From Escherichia coli (GTDB lineage Bacteria; Pseudomonadota; Gammaproteobacteria; Enterobacterales; Enterobacteriaceae), in NCBI RefSeq assembly GCF_003334355.1, contig NZ_QOWP01000020.1: 64,000 nt of DNA, one strand, 5' to 3'. The notes under the pieces were generated by a model, which worked only from the letters and a program-made list of their open reading frames with translations, had not been told where the DNA came from and did not search any database. The translations under genes and the position numbers were made by a program. This document shows positions 7,800 through 19,159 of the stretch, piece after piece. Within the stretch, counting starts at the first letter, position 1; the number at the start of each line of letters is the position of its first letter.

Positions 7800-8284
7800 C
7801 GATTAAAACGTCTACTCCTGCTGTTCCAGAATAACTTCATAAAATGGGAGTATTTTTCGGTGACGAGATAATAAGAACAGTTTGCGCTATCACTCTGATG
7901 TTGAATGATGCCCTTCCGTTCTAATTTTTTCATAACCGGGTTACGGCAAGGAGAAGTGATAATAAGATTTCCTGTTTTAAGGAAATCTTTAAATACAGCG
8001 ATTTCTTTCTCAGATAAACGAAGCAATACTCGTTGCTCTGGTAGTAATGAATAATGCTTTTGAATATGTGCTCGCAATCTTGAGAAGGAAATGGCGACCA
8101 CGAAAGAAAAGGCAAAAACGATAATCTGAAAGAGCCAAGGTATTTCAGTATAAGCATTGAATGCGACAGTAAACTCTTTCGGTATCAGCCAGAGAGTGAG
8201 ACCAAAAATGATAATCGTATACATAAGTCTTTCGAGTGGCTCGTTAGCAAAAAGTTTCAACAATGGAGTAAATACATCCAACAT
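7796..8284 (-). CDS. sieB: Superinfection exclusion protein SieB
   Basis: 162-aa product starting MLDVFTPLL at an internal ATG of the 203-aa track ORF; matches recalled SieB length and sequence. Confidence 0.8.
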   Translation of the reverse strand: MLDVFTPLLKLFANEPLERLMYTIIIFGLTLWLIPKEFTVAFNAYTEIPWLFQIIVFAFSFVVAISFSRLRAHIQKHYSLLPEQRVLLRLSEKEIAVFKDFLKTGNLIITSPCRNPVMKKLERKGIIQHQSDSANCSYYLVTEKYSHFMKLFWNSRSRRFNR

Positions 8285-8725
8285 ATCAATAACTCTCAAC
8301 TGTAAGGGTATTGAAATGTTAACACAAGCTCTCGCTGTAGGGGTATAGCCGAGACCACCGAAGCCCGGAGGTGGTGAAATAAAACCGGGCACAACACGAA
8401 GGCGCATTTCCGATATCCATAAAGAGTCGGTCTTGTCTGTTAAATTTAAATGGTGGGAGTGCGCCTCCGGTTGTAAATAACGACATTGCTGTGTGTAGTC
8501 CTGGCGGCATCAGTTTTTTTCTTGAAGTTCGGCTGATGTCCGCCCTTTTTAAAGTGAATTTTGTGATGCGGTGAATGCGGCTAAGCGCACGTGGCACAGT
8601 TAAAAGTCATGTTAGTCCTTATTGGTTTGGGTGGGAAAGCCGACTGTAATTGTTAACTGGTTGCAGTCACCTGGAGGCACCAGACACCGCATCAACAAAG
8701 TTCATTTGTAAAAATGGAGATAATT

Positions 8726-8947
8726 ATGATTGCACATCACTTCGGAACTGATGAAATACCACGTCAGTGTGTGACTCCTGGCGATTATGTTCTTCATGAA
8801 GGCCGGACATATATTGCCTCGGCAAACAATATTAAAAAGCGAAAACTATATATTCGTAACCTGACCACAAAAACATTCATTACTGACCGCATGATTAAAG
8901 TCTTCCTCGGTCGTGATGGTTTACCTGTAAAGGCGGAGTCATGGTGA
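8726..8947 (+). CDS. kilR: KilR, FtsZ-targeting cell division inhibitor of Rac
   Basis: 73-aa product [12 protein letters not shown]... from an internal ATG of the track ORF. Confidence 0.85.
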
Positions 8948-9117
8948 TGACTAAGAAAATAAAATGTGCTTACCACCTTTGCAAAAAAGACGTTGAAGAA
9001 AGCAAAGCTATTGAAAGAATGCTTCACTTCATGCACGGGATTTTATCAAAAGACGAACCGAGAAAATATTGCAGTGAAGCTTGTGCCGAAAAAGACCAGA
9101 TGGCACATGAACTTTAA
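8947..9117 (+). CDS. ydaE: Rac prophage small Cys-rich protein YdaE (56 aa)
   Basis: Hand-translated [14 protein letters not shown]...; start overlaps the kilR stop (TGATG); below the track cutoff. Confidence 0.7.
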   Translation: MTKKIKCAYHLCKKDVEESKAIERMLHFMHGILSKDEPRKYCSEACAEKDQMAHEL

Positions 9118-9191
9118 TTAATTGACTATTCGAAACTGAATTTATGCCAGAAATGGCAGGTATTCGCTCAACCTTAATTAAGGAGAAAAAC

Positions 9192-9467
9192 ATGATTACC
9201 AATTATGAAGCCACTGTTGTAACTACCGATGACATTGTTCACGAGGTGAATCTGGAAGGAAAGCGCATTGGCTACGTAATTAAAACAGAAAATAAAGAAA
9301 CCCCATTCACTGTGGTTGATATCGATGGTCCATCAGGCAACGTAAAAACACTTGATGAAGGTGTCAAAAAAATGTGCCTGGTGCATATCGGAAAGAATCT
9401 GCCCGCAGAAAAAAAAGCCGAATTTCTGGCAACTCTAATTGCAATGAAATTAAAAGGTGAAATCTGA
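9192..9467 (+). CDS. racC: RacC
   Basis: 91-aa product MITNYEATVV... with an AAGGAG RBS; internal start of the track ORF. Confidence 0.8.
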   Translation: MITNYEATVVTTDDIVHEVNLEGKRIGYVIKTENKETPFTVVDIDGPSGNVKTLDEGVKKMCLVHIGKNLPAEKKAEFLATLIAMKLKGEI

Positions 9468-9568
9468 AAGAAATAGCCTGCGTATGGCGCAGGCTATGAA
9501 CAGTGTGTATCCGGCAAGATCATTCACTGAACAAAACGAATTTTAATCTGAGTTGAGGTTAAAAAACA

Positions 9569-12169
9569 ATGAGCACAAAACCACTCTTCCTGTTACGGAA
9601 AGCGAAAAAATCATCCGGTGAACCTGACGTCGTCCTGTGGGCAAGCAACGATTTTGAATCGACCTGTGCCACTCTGGACTACCTGATCGTTAAGTCAGGT
9701 AAAAAACTGAGCAGCTATTTTAAAGCTGTTGCCACGAATTTTCCTGTCGTTAATGACCTGCCCGCTGAAGGTGAGATCGATTTTACCTGGAGTGAACGCT
9801 ATCAACTCAGCAAAGACTCCATGACATGGGAACTAAAACCGGGAGCAGCACCAGACAACGCTCACTATCAAGGCAATACCAACGTCAACGGCGAAGACAT
9901 GACTGAGATTGAGGAGAATATGCTACTCCCAATTTCTGGCCAGGAACTGCCCATTCGTTGGCTTGCTCAACACGGCAGCGAAAAACCGGTAACGCACGTT
10001 TCACGCGACGGACTCCAGGCATTACACATTGCTCTGGCTGAAGAACTACCGGCTGTTACTGCCCTGGCTGTTTCCCACAAAACCAGCCTGCTCGACCCGC
10101 TGGAAATTCGCGAACTCCACAAACTGGTTCGTGACACTGACAAAGTTTTCCCTAATCCTGGTAATTCAAACCTGGGACTGATAACTGCTTTTTTCGAAGC
10201 ATACCTGAACGCTGACTACACCGATCGAGGACTGCTGACAAAAGAGTGGATGAAGGGTAATCGTGTTTCACACATCACTCGCACGGCTTCCGGTGCTAAT
10301 GCTGGCGGCGGAAACCTCACCGATCGCGGCGAAGGTTTCGTACACGATCTGACGTCACTGGCGCGCGACGTAGCCACTGGCGTACTGGCCCGTTCAATGG
10401 ATCTGGACATCTATAACCTTCATCCGGCACACGCTAAACGCATTGAGGAAATTATCGCTGAAAATAAACCGCCCTTTTCTGTTTTCCGCGACAAATTCAT
10501 CACCATGCCTGGCGGGCTGGATTATTCCCGCGCCATCGTGGTTGCGTCCGTAAAAGAAGCACCAATTGGGATCGAGGTCATCCCCGCGCACGTCACTGAA
10601 TATCTGAACAAAGTACTGACTGAAACCGATCATGCCAACCCTGATCCGGAAATCGTGGATATTGCCTGCGGTCGCTCCTCTGCCCCGATGCCGCAGCGAG
10701 TAACAGAAGAAGGAAAACAGGATGATGAAGAAAAACCGCAACCATCTGGAACAACGGCAGTTGAACAGGGAGAGGCTGAAACAATGGAACCGGACGCAAC
10801 TGAACATCATCAGGACACGCAGCCGCTGGATGCTCAGTCACAGGTAAATTCTGTTGATGCGAAATATCAGGAACTGCGGGCAGAACTCCATGAAGCCCGG
10901 AAAAACATTCCATCAAAAAATCCTGTCGATGACGATAAATTGCTTGCTGCATCACGTGGTGAATTTGTTGACGGAATTAGCGACCCGAACGATCCGAAAT
11001 GGGTAAAGGGGATCCAGACTCGCGATTGTGTGTACCAGAACCAGCCAGAAACGGAAAAAACCAGCCCAGATATGAATCAACCTGAGCCAGTAGTGCAACA
11101 GGAACCGGAAATAGCCTGCAATGCCTGCGGCCAGACTGGCGGGGATAACTGCCCTGACTGTGGTGCGGTGATGGGCGACGCAACATACCAGGAAACATTC
11201 GATGAAGAGAGTCAGGTTGAAGCTAAGGAAAATGATCCGGAGGAAATGGAAGGCGCTGAACATCCGCACAATGAGAATGCTGGCAGCGATCCGCATCGCG
11301 ATTGCAGTGATGAAACTGGCGAAGTCGCAGATCCCGTAATCGTAGAAGACATAGAGCCAGGTATTTATTACGGAATTTCGAATGAGAATTACCACGCGGG
11401 TCCCGGTATCAGTAAGTCTCAGCTCGATGACATTGCTGATACTCCGGCACTATATTTGTGGCGTAAAAATGCCCCCGTGGACACCACAAAGACAAAAACG
11501 CTCGATTTAGGAACTGCTTTCCACTGCCGGGTACTTGAACCGGAAGAATTCAGTAACCGCTTTATCGTAGCACCTGAATTTAACCGCCGTACAAACGCCG
11601 GAAAAGAAGAAGAGAAAGCGTTTCTGATGGAATGCGCAAGCACAGGAAAAACGGTTATCACTGCGGAAGAAGGCCGGGAAATTGAACTCATGTATCAAAG
11701 CGTTATGGCTTTGCCGCTGGGGCAATGGCTTGTTGAAAGCGCCGGACACGCTGAATCATCAATTTACTGGGAAGATCCTGAAACAGGAATTTTGTGTCGG
11801 TGCCGTCCGGACAAAATTATCCCTGAATTTCACTGGATCATGGACGTGAAAACTACGGCGGATATTCAACGATTCAAAACCGCTTATTACGACTACCGCT
11901 ATCACGTTCAGGATGCATTCTACAGTGACGGTTATGAAGCACAGTTTGGAGTGCAGCCAACTTTCGTTTTTCTGGTTGCCAGCACAACTATTGAATGCGG
12001 ACGTTATCCGGTTGAAATTTTCATGATGGGCGAAGAAGCAAAACTGGCAGGTCAACAGGAATATCACCGCAATCTGCGAACCCTGTCTGACTGCCTGAAT
12101 ACCGATGAATGGCCAGCTATTAAGACATTATCACTGCCCCGCTGGGCTAAGGAATATGCAAATGACTAA
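9569..12169 (+). CDS. recE: Exodeoxyribonuclease VIII (RecE)
   Basis: 866-aa ORF, same length as K-12 RecE; C-terminal region overlaps the recT start by 8 bp. Confidence 0.9.
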   Translation: MSTKPLFLLRKAKKSSGEPDVVLWASNDFESTCATLDYLIVKSGKKLSSYFKAVATNFPVVNDLPAEGEIDFTWSERYQLSKDSMTWELKPGAAPDNAHYQGNTNVNGEDMTEIEENMLLPISGQELPIRWLAQHGSEKPVTHVSRDGLQALHIALAEELPAVTALAVSHKTSLLDPLEIRELHKLVRDTDKVFPNPGNSNLGLITAFFEAYLNADYTDRGLLTKEWMKGNRVSHITRTASGANAGGGNLTDRGEGFVHDLTSLARDVATGVLARSMDLDIYNLHPAHAKRIEEIIAENKPPFSVFRDKFITMPGGLDYSRAIVVASVKEAPIGIEVIPAHVTEYLNKVLTETDHANPDPEIVDIACGRSSAPMPQRVTEEGKQDDEEKPQPSGTTAVEQGEAETMEPDATEHHQDTQPLDAQSQVNSVDAKYQELRAELHEARKNIPSKNPVDDDKLLAASRGEFVDGISDPNDPKWVKGIQTRDCVYQNQPETEKTSPDMNQPEPVVQQEPEIACNACGQTGGDNCPDCGAVMGDATYQETFDEESQVEAKENDPEEMEGAEHPHNENAGSDPHRDCSDETGEVADPVIVEDIEPGIYYGISNENYHAGPGISKSQLDDIADTPALYLWRKNAPVDTTKTKTLDLGTAFHCRVLEPEEFSNRFIVAPEFNRRTNAGKEEEKAFLMECASTGKTVITAEEGREIELMYQSVMALPLGQWLVESAGHAESSIYWEDPETGILCRCRPDKIIPEFHWIMDVKTTADIQRFKTAYYDYRYHVQDAFYSDGYEAQFGVQPTFVFLVASTTIECGRYPVEIFMMGEEAKLAGQQEYHRNLRTLSDCLNTDEWPAIKTLSLPRWAKEYAND

Positions 12170-12971
12170 GCAACCACCAATCGCAAAAGCCGATCTGCAA
12201 AAAACTCAGGGAAACCGTGCACCAGCAGCAGTTAAAAATAGCGACGTGATTAGTTTTATTAACCAGCCATCAATGAAAGAGCAACTGGCAGCAGCTCTTC
12301 CACGCCATATGACGGCTGAACGTATGATCCGTATCGCCACCACAGAAATTCGTAAAGTTCCGGCGTTAGGAAACTGTGACACTATGAGTTTTGTCAGTGC
12401 GATCGTACAGTGTTCACAGCTCGGACTTGAGCCAGGTAGCGCCCTCGGTCATGCATATTTACTGCCTTTTGGTAATAAAAACGAAAAGAGCGGTAAAAAG
12501 AACGTTCAGCTAATCATTGGCTATCGCGGCATGATTGATCTGGCTCGCCGTTCTGGTCAAATCGCCAGCCTGTCAGCCCGTGTTGTCCGTGAAGGTGACG
12601 AGTTTAGCTTCGAATTTGGCCTTGATGAAAAGTTAATACACCGCCCGGGAGAAAACGAAGATGCCCCGGTTACCCACGTCTATGCTGTCGCAAGACTGAA
12701 AGACGGAGGTACTCAGTTTGAAGTTATGACGCGCAAACAGATTGAGCTGGTGCGCAGCCTGAGTAAAGCTGGTAATAACGGGCCGTGGGTAACTCACTGG
12801 GAAGAAATGGCAAAGAAAACGGCTATTCGTCGCCTGTTCAAATATCTGCCCGTATCAATTGAGATCCAGCGTGCAGTATCAATGGATGAAAAGGAACCAC
12901 TGACAATCGATCCTGCAGATTCCTCTGTATTAACCGGGGAATACAGTGTAATCGATAATTCAGAGGAATAA
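12162..12971 (+). CDS. recT: RecT single-strand annealing protein
   Basis: 269-aa product from [13 protein letters not shown]; start overlaps the recE stop. Confidence 0.9.
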   Translation: MTKQPPIAKADLQKTQGNRAPAAVKNSDVISFINQPSMKEQLAAALPRHMTAERMIRIATTEIRKVPALGNCDTMSFVSAIVQCSQLGLEPGSALGHAYLLPFGNKNEKSGKKNVQLIIGYRGMIDLARRSGQIASLSARVVREGDEFSFEFGLDEKLIHRPGENEDAPVTHVYAVARLKDGGTQFEVMTRKQIELVRSLSKAGNNGPWVTHWEEMAKKTAIRRLFKYLPVSIEIQRAVSMDEKEPLTIDPADSSVLTGEYSVIDNSEE

Positions 12972-13027
12972 TTCAGCCTGGCGGTGTAATGCACCGCCAA
13001 CTTGAAATATTTTTTATGAGAAAAATT

Positions 13028-13222
13028 ATGAGATATGACAATGTTAAACCATGTCCATTTTGTGGTTGTCCATCAGTAACGGTGAAAGCCATTTCAGGAT
13101 ATTACCGAGCGAAGTGTAACGGATGCGAATCCCGAACCGGTTATGGTGGAAGTGAAAAAGAAGCACTCGAAAGATGGAATAAACGAACCACTGGAAATAA
13201 TAATGGAGGTGTTCATGTATAA
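13028..13222 (+). CDS. ralR: RalR (Lar), restriction alleviation protein and type I TA toxin
   Basis: 64-aa product MRYDNVKPCPFCGC... from an internal ATG of the track ORF. Confidence 0.8.
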   Translation: MRYDNVKPCPFCGCPSVTVKAISGYYRAKCNGCESRTGYGGSEKEALERWNKRTTGNNNGGVHV

Positions 13223-13424
13223 AATTACCGCCACTATTGAAAAGGAAGGTGGCACTCCTACTAACTGGACAAGATATTCAAAATCTAAACTAACGAAATC
13301 AGAATGCGAAAAAATGCTCTCAGGTAAAAAAGAAGCAGGCGTTTCCAGAGAGCAGAAAGTAAAACTGATAAATTTTAATTGCGAGAAACTTCAGTCCTCG
13401 AGAATTGCATTGTATTCAAATTAA
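13215..13424 (+). CDS. ydaC: YdaC
   Basis: 69-aa product MYKITATIEKEGG... with a GGAGG RBS; overlaps the ralR stop. Confidence 0.75.
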   Translation: MYKITATIEKEGGTPTNWTRYSKSKLTKSECEKMLSGKKEAGVSREQKVKLINFNCEKLQSSRIALYSN

Positions 13425-13502
13425 AACTTCATAGCTGATTATTAATAATCAACATCGGGCGTCAATTTCAGTCTAACATTGGCGCCTGCCAGAGGTGATG
13501 CG

Positions 13503-13718
13503 ATGGCACAAGTAATCTTTAATGAAGAGTGGATGGTTGAATACGGCCTGATGCTTCGCACTGGTCTGGGGGCCAGACAAATTGAAGCATACCGCCAGAA
13601 CTGTTGGGTGGAGGGCTTCCACTTCAAACGAGTATCTCCTTTAGGTAAGCCAGACAGCAAACGAGGGATTATCTGGTACAACTATCCAAAGATAAATCAG
13701 TTTATCAAAGACTCATGA
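13503..13718 (+). CDS. xisR: Rac excisionase XisR (YdaQ)
   Basis: 71-aa product [10 protein letters not shown]... immediately upstream of intR. Confidence 0.7.
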   Translation: MAQVIFNEEWMVEYGLMLRTGLGARQIEAYRQNCWVEGFHFKRVSPLGKPDSKRGIIWYNYPKINQFIKDS

Positions 13719-13719
13719 T

Positions 13720-14955
13720 ATGTCTAAATTACCAACAGGTGTCGAGATTAGAGGTAGATACATTCGCATCTGGTTCATGTTTCGAGGAAAACGATGTCGG
13801 GAAACATTAAAAGGCTGGGAGATTACAAACAGTAATATTAAAAAGGCCGGAAATTTAAGAGCGCTGATAGTTCATGAAATAAACTCCGGTGAATTTGAGT
13901 ATTTAAGACGTTTTCCCCAGTCCAGCACTGGGGCAAAAATGGTGACAACGAGAGTCATAAAAACGTTCGGAGAGCTTTGTGATATCTGGACAAAAATTAA
14001 AGAGACAGAGTTAACAACAAACACAATGAAGAAAACGAAATCACAATTAAAAACACTCAGAATAATAATTTGTGAAAGTACCCCGATATCACATATTCGT
14101 TATAGCGATATCTTAAACTACCGGAATGAACTGCTGCATGGAGAAACGCTTTACCTGGATAATCCAAGATCCAACAAAAAAGGAAGAACCGTGCGCACAG
14201 TTGATAACTATATCGCCCTGCTCTGTTCGCTGTTGCGTTTTGCGTATCAGTCGGGATTTATATCAACCAAACCATTTGAAGGAGTAAAAAAATTACAGCG
14301 AAACAGAATAAAGCCTGATCCGTTATCTAAAACAGAATTCAATGCATTAATGGAAAGTGAAAAAGGACAGAGCCAGAACTTGTGGAAATTTGCCGTTTAC
14401 TCAGGACTTCGTCACGGGGAACTGGCAGCTCTGGCGTGGGAGGATGTGGATCTCGAAAAGGGAATAGTGAATGTCAGAAGAAACCTGACGATACTTGATA
14501 TGTTCGGTCCCCCAAAAACAAATGCCGGGATCCGAACAGTAACACTACTGCAGCCTGCTCTTGAAGCACTGAAGGAGCAATACAAACTGACCGGGCATCA
14601 TCGCAAAAGCGAAATCACCTTTTATCATCGGGAGTACGGCAGAACCGAAAAGCAAAAACTGCATTTTGTTTTCATGCCCAGGGTGTGTAACGGAAAACAA
14701 AAACCTTATTACTCGGTAAGCAGTTTGGGGGCAAGGTGGAATGCAGCAGTAAAACGTGCTGGTATTCGCCGCCGTAATCCGTACCATACGCGGCATACTT
14801 TTGCCTGCTGGCTGTTGACGGCAGGAGCGAACCCGGCATTTATAGCCAGCCAAATGGGGCATGAAACTGCGCAGATGGTGTATGAAATTTACGGTATGTG
14901 GATTGATGACATGAACGACGAACAGATAGCCATGTTGAATGCGCGGTTATCGTAG
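13720..14955 (+). CDS. intR: Rac prophage tyrosine integrase IntR
   Basis: 411-aa ORF with the tyrosine recombinase C-terminal region (RHTFA...); adjacent to ttcA as in K-12. Ends with TAG. Confidence 0.9.
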   Translation: MSKLPTGVEIRGRYIRIWFMFRGKRCRETLKGWEITNSNIKKAGNLRALIVHEINSGEFEYLRRFPQSSTGAKMVTTRVIKTFGELCDIWTKIKETELTTNTMKKTKSQLKTLRIIICESTPISHIRYSDILNYRNELLHGETLYLDNPRSNKKGRTVRTVDNYIALLCSLLRFAYQSGFISTKPFEGVKKLQRNRIKPDPLSKTEFNALMESEKGQSQNLWKFAVYSGLRHGELAALAWEDVDLEKGIVNVRRNLTILDMFGPPKTNAGIRTVTLLQPALEALKEQYKLTGHHRKSEITFYHREYGRTEKQKLHFVFMPRVCNGKQKPYYSVSSLGARWNAAVKRAGIRRRNPYHTRHTFACWLLTAGANPAFIASQMGHETAQMVYEIYGMWIDDMNDEQIAMLNARLS

Positions 14956-15006
14956 TTGCAAAGTTTGCCCCCAATTTGCCCCATTTAGTACCAGAGAACT
15001 GAAATA

Positions 15007-15942
15007 ATGCAAGAAAATCAACAAATTACAAAGAAAGAACAATACAACCTGAACAAATTACAAAAACGTCTGCGTCGTAACGTGGGCGAAGCCATTGCTG
15101 ACTTCAATATGATTGAAGAAGGCGATCGCATCATGGTTTGCCTCTCCGGGGGTAAAGACAGCTATACCATGCTGGAGATTCTGCGCAATTTGCAGCAAAG
15201 CGCGCCAATCAATTTTTCGCTGGTGGCTGTTAACCTCGATCAAAAGCAACCGGGCTTCCCGGAACACGTTCTGCCCGAGTATCTTGAAAAGCTGGGCGTT
15301 GAGTACAAGATTGTTGAAGAGAATACTTACGGTATCGTGAAAGAGAAGATTCCAGAGGGCAAAACCACTTGCTCACTGTGTTCTCGCCTTCGTCGCGGTA
15401 TCCTTTATCGTACCGCAACGGAACTGGGGGCGACGAAGATCGCGTTGGGTCACCATCGTGACGATATCCTGCAAACGTTGTTCTTAAATATGTTCTACGG
15501 CGGTAAGATGAAAGGTATGCCTCCGAAACTGATGAGCGATGATGGCAAACATATCGTTATTCGTCCGCTGGCCTACTGCCGCGAGAAAGATATTCAGCGA
15601 TTTGCCGATGCAAAAGCGTTCCCGATTATTCCGTGCAACCTGTGCGGTTCACAGCCTAACCTGCAACGTCAGGTGATTGCTGACATGTTGCGTGACTGGG
15701 ATAAACGTTATCCAGGGCGTATCGAGACGATGTTCAGCGCGATGCAGAATGTGGTGCCGTCGCATCTGTGCGATACCAACCTGTTCGATTTCAAAGGCAT
15801 CACCCACGGTTCTGAAGTGGTTAACGGGGGTGATCTGGCGTTTGATCGCGAAGAGATCCCACTACAACCGGCGGGCTGGCAGCCAGAAGAAGATGAAAAT
15901 CAGTTGGATGAGTTACGGCTGAATGTGGTTGAAGTGAAATAA
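15007..15942 (+). CDS. ttcA: tRNA 2-thiocytidine(32) synthetase TtcA
   Basis: 311 aa; SGGKDS PP-loop motif and paired CxxC motifs. Confidence 0.9.
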   Translation: MQENQQITKKEQYNLNKLQKRLRRNVGEAIADFNMIEEGDRIMVCLSGGKDSYTMLEILRNLQQSAPINFSLVAVNLDQKQPGFPEHVLPEYLEKLGVEYKIVEENTYGIVKEKIPEGKTTCSLCSRLRRGILYRTATELGATKIALGHHRDDILQTLFLNMFYGGKMKGMPPKLMSDDGKHIVIRPLAYCREKDIQRFADAKAFPIIPCNLCGSQPNLQRQVIADMLRDWDKRYPGRIETMFSAMQNVVPSHLCDTNLFDFKGITHGSEVVNGGDLAFDREEIPLQPAGWQPEEDENQLDELRLNVVEVK

Positions 15943-15950
15943 CCAGGATA

Positions 15951-16024
15951 GCGCCCGATGCGCAAGCGTATCGGGCTACTCTTATGGAGGCCGGATAAGA
16001 CGCGGCCAGCGTCGCATCCGGCAA
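15951..16024. repeat. REP (repetitive extragenic palindrome) elements between ttcA and dbpA
   Basis: GCGCCCGATGCGCAAGCGTATCGGGC and GGCCGGATAAGACGCGGCCAGCGTCGCATCCGGC palindromic units. Confidence 0.6.
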
Positions 16025-16070
16025 TCCCGAATAAGATGTTTACTCTTGCACCCGGCAATTCAACATTTCA

Positions 16071-17444
16071 TTATTTTAATAACCGCACCCGGCACGTTTT
16101 TCCTTTAATCTTCCCGCCCTGTAACTGTTTCCATGCTTTATGAGCAACAGCCTGACGGACCGCGACATAGACATGCGCCGGATGCACGGCGATTTTGCCA
16201 ATATCTGCGCCATCAAGCCCGATATCTCCTGTCAGTGCACCTAATACATCACCCGGGCGCATTTTGGCTTTTTTCCCGCCATCGATACACAACGTTGCCA
16301 TTTCTGCTTCCAGCGTCGCAATGGAACTATTAGCTGGCGGCGTTTGCCAGTTAAGTTTTATCTGCAACATGTCAGAAATGATATTGGCCCGCTGTGCTTC
16401 TTCCGGAGCACAGAAACTGATCGCCAGACCGCTATTTCCTGCACGAGCTGTACGACCGATGCGATGTACATGAACTTCAGGGTCCCACGCCAGCTCAAAG
16501 TTCACCACCAGCTCAAGCGATTTAATATCCAGACCACGCGCAGCAACATCAGTCGCGACCAGTACACGGGCGCTACCGTTAGCAAAACGTACCAGGGTCT
16601 GATCGCGATCGCGTTGCTCCAAATCGCCGTGTAATGACAATGCACTTTGCCCTACTTCATTCAGCGCGTCGCAGACAGCCTGGCAATCTTTTTTGGTATT
16701 GCAAAACACCACGCAAGAGGATGGCTGATGCAAGCTTAATAACCGTTGCAACAGAGGAATTTTGCCTTTGCTGGATGTCTCATAAAATTGTTGTTCAATG
16801 GGTGGCAAAGCATCTGTTGAGTCAATTTCAATCGCCAAAGGATCGCGTTGCACTCGTCCGCTGATTGCAGCGATGGCTTCCGGCCAGGTTGCCGAAAACA
16901 GAAGCGTCTGTCGAGATGCAGGCGCAAAACGGATGACATCATCAATGGCATCGCTAAATCCCATATCCAGCATGCGGTCGGCCTCATCCATCACCAGCGT
17001 ATTCAACGCATCCAGTGATACCGTGCCTTTTTGCAGGTGATCCAGCAAACGCCCCGGCGTTGCCACGATAATATGCGGCGCATGTTGCAACGAATCACGC
17101 TGCATACCGAACGGTTGACCACCGCACAACGTCAAAATTTTGGTATTTGGCAGAAAACGCGCCAGCCGACGCAATTCACCTGCCACCTGATCCGCCAGTT
17201 CACGCGTAGGACACAGCACTAAAGCCTGGGTTTGAAATAGCGACGCATCAATTTGCTGTAACAAGCCGAGGCCAAAAGCCGCCGTTTTGCCGCTGCCGGT
17301 TTTCGCCTGCACGCGAACATCTTTTCCGGCAAGGATCGCCGGAAGCGCGGCGGCCTGCACCGGCGTCATGGTTAAATAACCCAACTCATTAAGGTTCGTG
17401 AGTTGGGCGGGAGGCAAAACATTCAGGGTAGAAAAAGCGGTCAC
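16071..17444 (-). CDS. dbpA: ATP-dependent RNA helicase DbpA
   Basis: 457 aa; DEAD-box motifs (GSGKT, DEAD). Confidence 0.95.
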   Translation of the reverse strand: MTAFSTLNVLPPAQLTNLNELGYLTMTPVQAAALPAILAGKDVRVQAKTGSGKTAAFGLGLLQQIDASLFQTQALVLCPTRELADQVAGELRRLARFLPNTKILTLCGGQPFGMQRDSLQHAPHIIVATPGRLLDHLQKGTVSLDALNTLVMDEADRMLDMGFSDAIDDVIRFAPASRQTLLFSATWPEAIAAISGRVQRDPLAIEIDSTDALPPIEQQFYETSSKGKIPLLQRLLSLHQPSSCVVFCNTKKDCQAVCDALNEVGQSALSLHGDLEQRDRDQTLVRFANGSARVLVATDVAARGLDIKSLELVVNFELAWDPEVHVHRIGRTARAGNSGLAISFCAPEEAQRANIISDMLQIKLNWQTPPANSSIATLEAEMATLCIDGGKKAKMRPGDVLGALTGDIGLDGADIGKIAVHPAHVYVAVRQAVAHKAWKQLQGGKIKGKTCRVRLLK

Positions 17445-17473
17445 AATCTATTCTCGTGGTCATCGACGCAAAG

Positions 17474-17647
17474 TTAGCAGGCGCGTATCCTCGCAGATCT
17501 ACGCTCACGATGCGACAATTTAATCGGTTCTTCATCGGGTGGTGGGTCAGGCATGGGTTGCGGGCGAGGGATCGGATCGGGCACTGGAACAGGATCGCCA
17601 GGAATCGGTTCAGGGACAGGAATTTGCAAATAAATAAGTGTCGTCAT
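17474..17647 (-). CDS. Small proline-rich ORF (57 aa) between dbpA and fnrS
   Basis: Hand-translated MTTLIYLQIPVPEPIPGDPVPVPDPIPRPQPMPDPPPDEEPIK...; below the track cutoff; expression not established. Confidence 0.3.
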   Translation of the reverse strand: MTTLIYLQIPVPEPIPGDPVPVPDPIPRPQPMPDPPPDEEPIKLSHRERRSARIRAC

Positions 17648-17704
17648 ATTTCCCTCTGGTCATTGGGTGGACTCTTAAAGGGTAGACGCTGATAAATAAC
17701 AGGC

Positions 17705-17826
17705 AAAAAAAAGCCGACTCATCAAAGTCGGCGTCGTACGAATCAATTGTGCTATGCAGTAATTCAAAAAAGGAAGTAAGACAATATGGAGCGCAACGCC
17801 CATCGCTTGACGTTGCATTCACCTGC
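17705..17826 (-). ncRNA. fnrS: FnrS small RNA (FNR-activated)
   Basis: Reverse complement reads GCAGGTGAATGCAACGTCAAGCGATGGGCG...GCCGACTTTGATGAGTCGGCTTTTTTTT, matching recalled FnrS including its terminator. Confidence 0.85.
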
Positions 17827-17861
17827 AAGAGAGATATTGCCCTGAATGGGTAGAGAGTTTA

Positions 17862-17875
17862 TTGACTTCGCTCAA
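17862..17875 (-). promoter_or_regulatory. FNR binding site of the fnrS promoter (TTGAG-N4-GTCAA)
   Basis: Centred about 42 bp upstream of the fnrS 5' end; matches TTGAT-N4-ATCAA consensus at 8 of 10 positions. Confidence 0.6.
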
Positions 17876-17921
17876 ACTTTGCGGCGTTTTTGTATACAGA
17901 CAGCCGGAAAAATTGCTTTTG

Positions 17922-18926
<1,005 letters not shown>

Positions 18927-19159
18927 TTATTTTGTAGTCTAGCCTTCTGGCCCTGTTACGCAACATCTCATCACCCCATTACCCTGAAATGATTAATAAA
19001 ATTCTGTCTAAATTGAATACAAAAAGCAAAATGCTTTTCCGTATACAAACCGTGTGAAGTGTTAAATAGCGTCTATCATTATCAGAATTATCTGATCATA
19101 TGACGTGGCTTTTTTGCGATCGGATAGCAACAAAAATTGATAAAAATAACGGGATCTCA

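Noticed and set aside
7796-8407. N-terminal 41-codon extension of sieB (203-aa track ORF)
   Set aside because: The extension is Pro/Gly-rich with no RBS; the internal ATG gives the 162-aa SieB I recall.
10216-12067. Stack of minus-strand ORFs (64-147 aa) antisense to recE
   Set aside because: Entirely embedded antisense to a long conserved gene, no RBS or recognisable domains, low-complexity translations; typical chance ORFs.
17456-17692. 78-aa plus-strand ORF in the dbpA-fnrS gap
   Set aside because: Arg-rich, starts inside the dbpA leader and runs antisense to the Pro-rich minus-strand small ORF; no RBS. The minus-strand ORF is the more plausible frame, itself low confidence.
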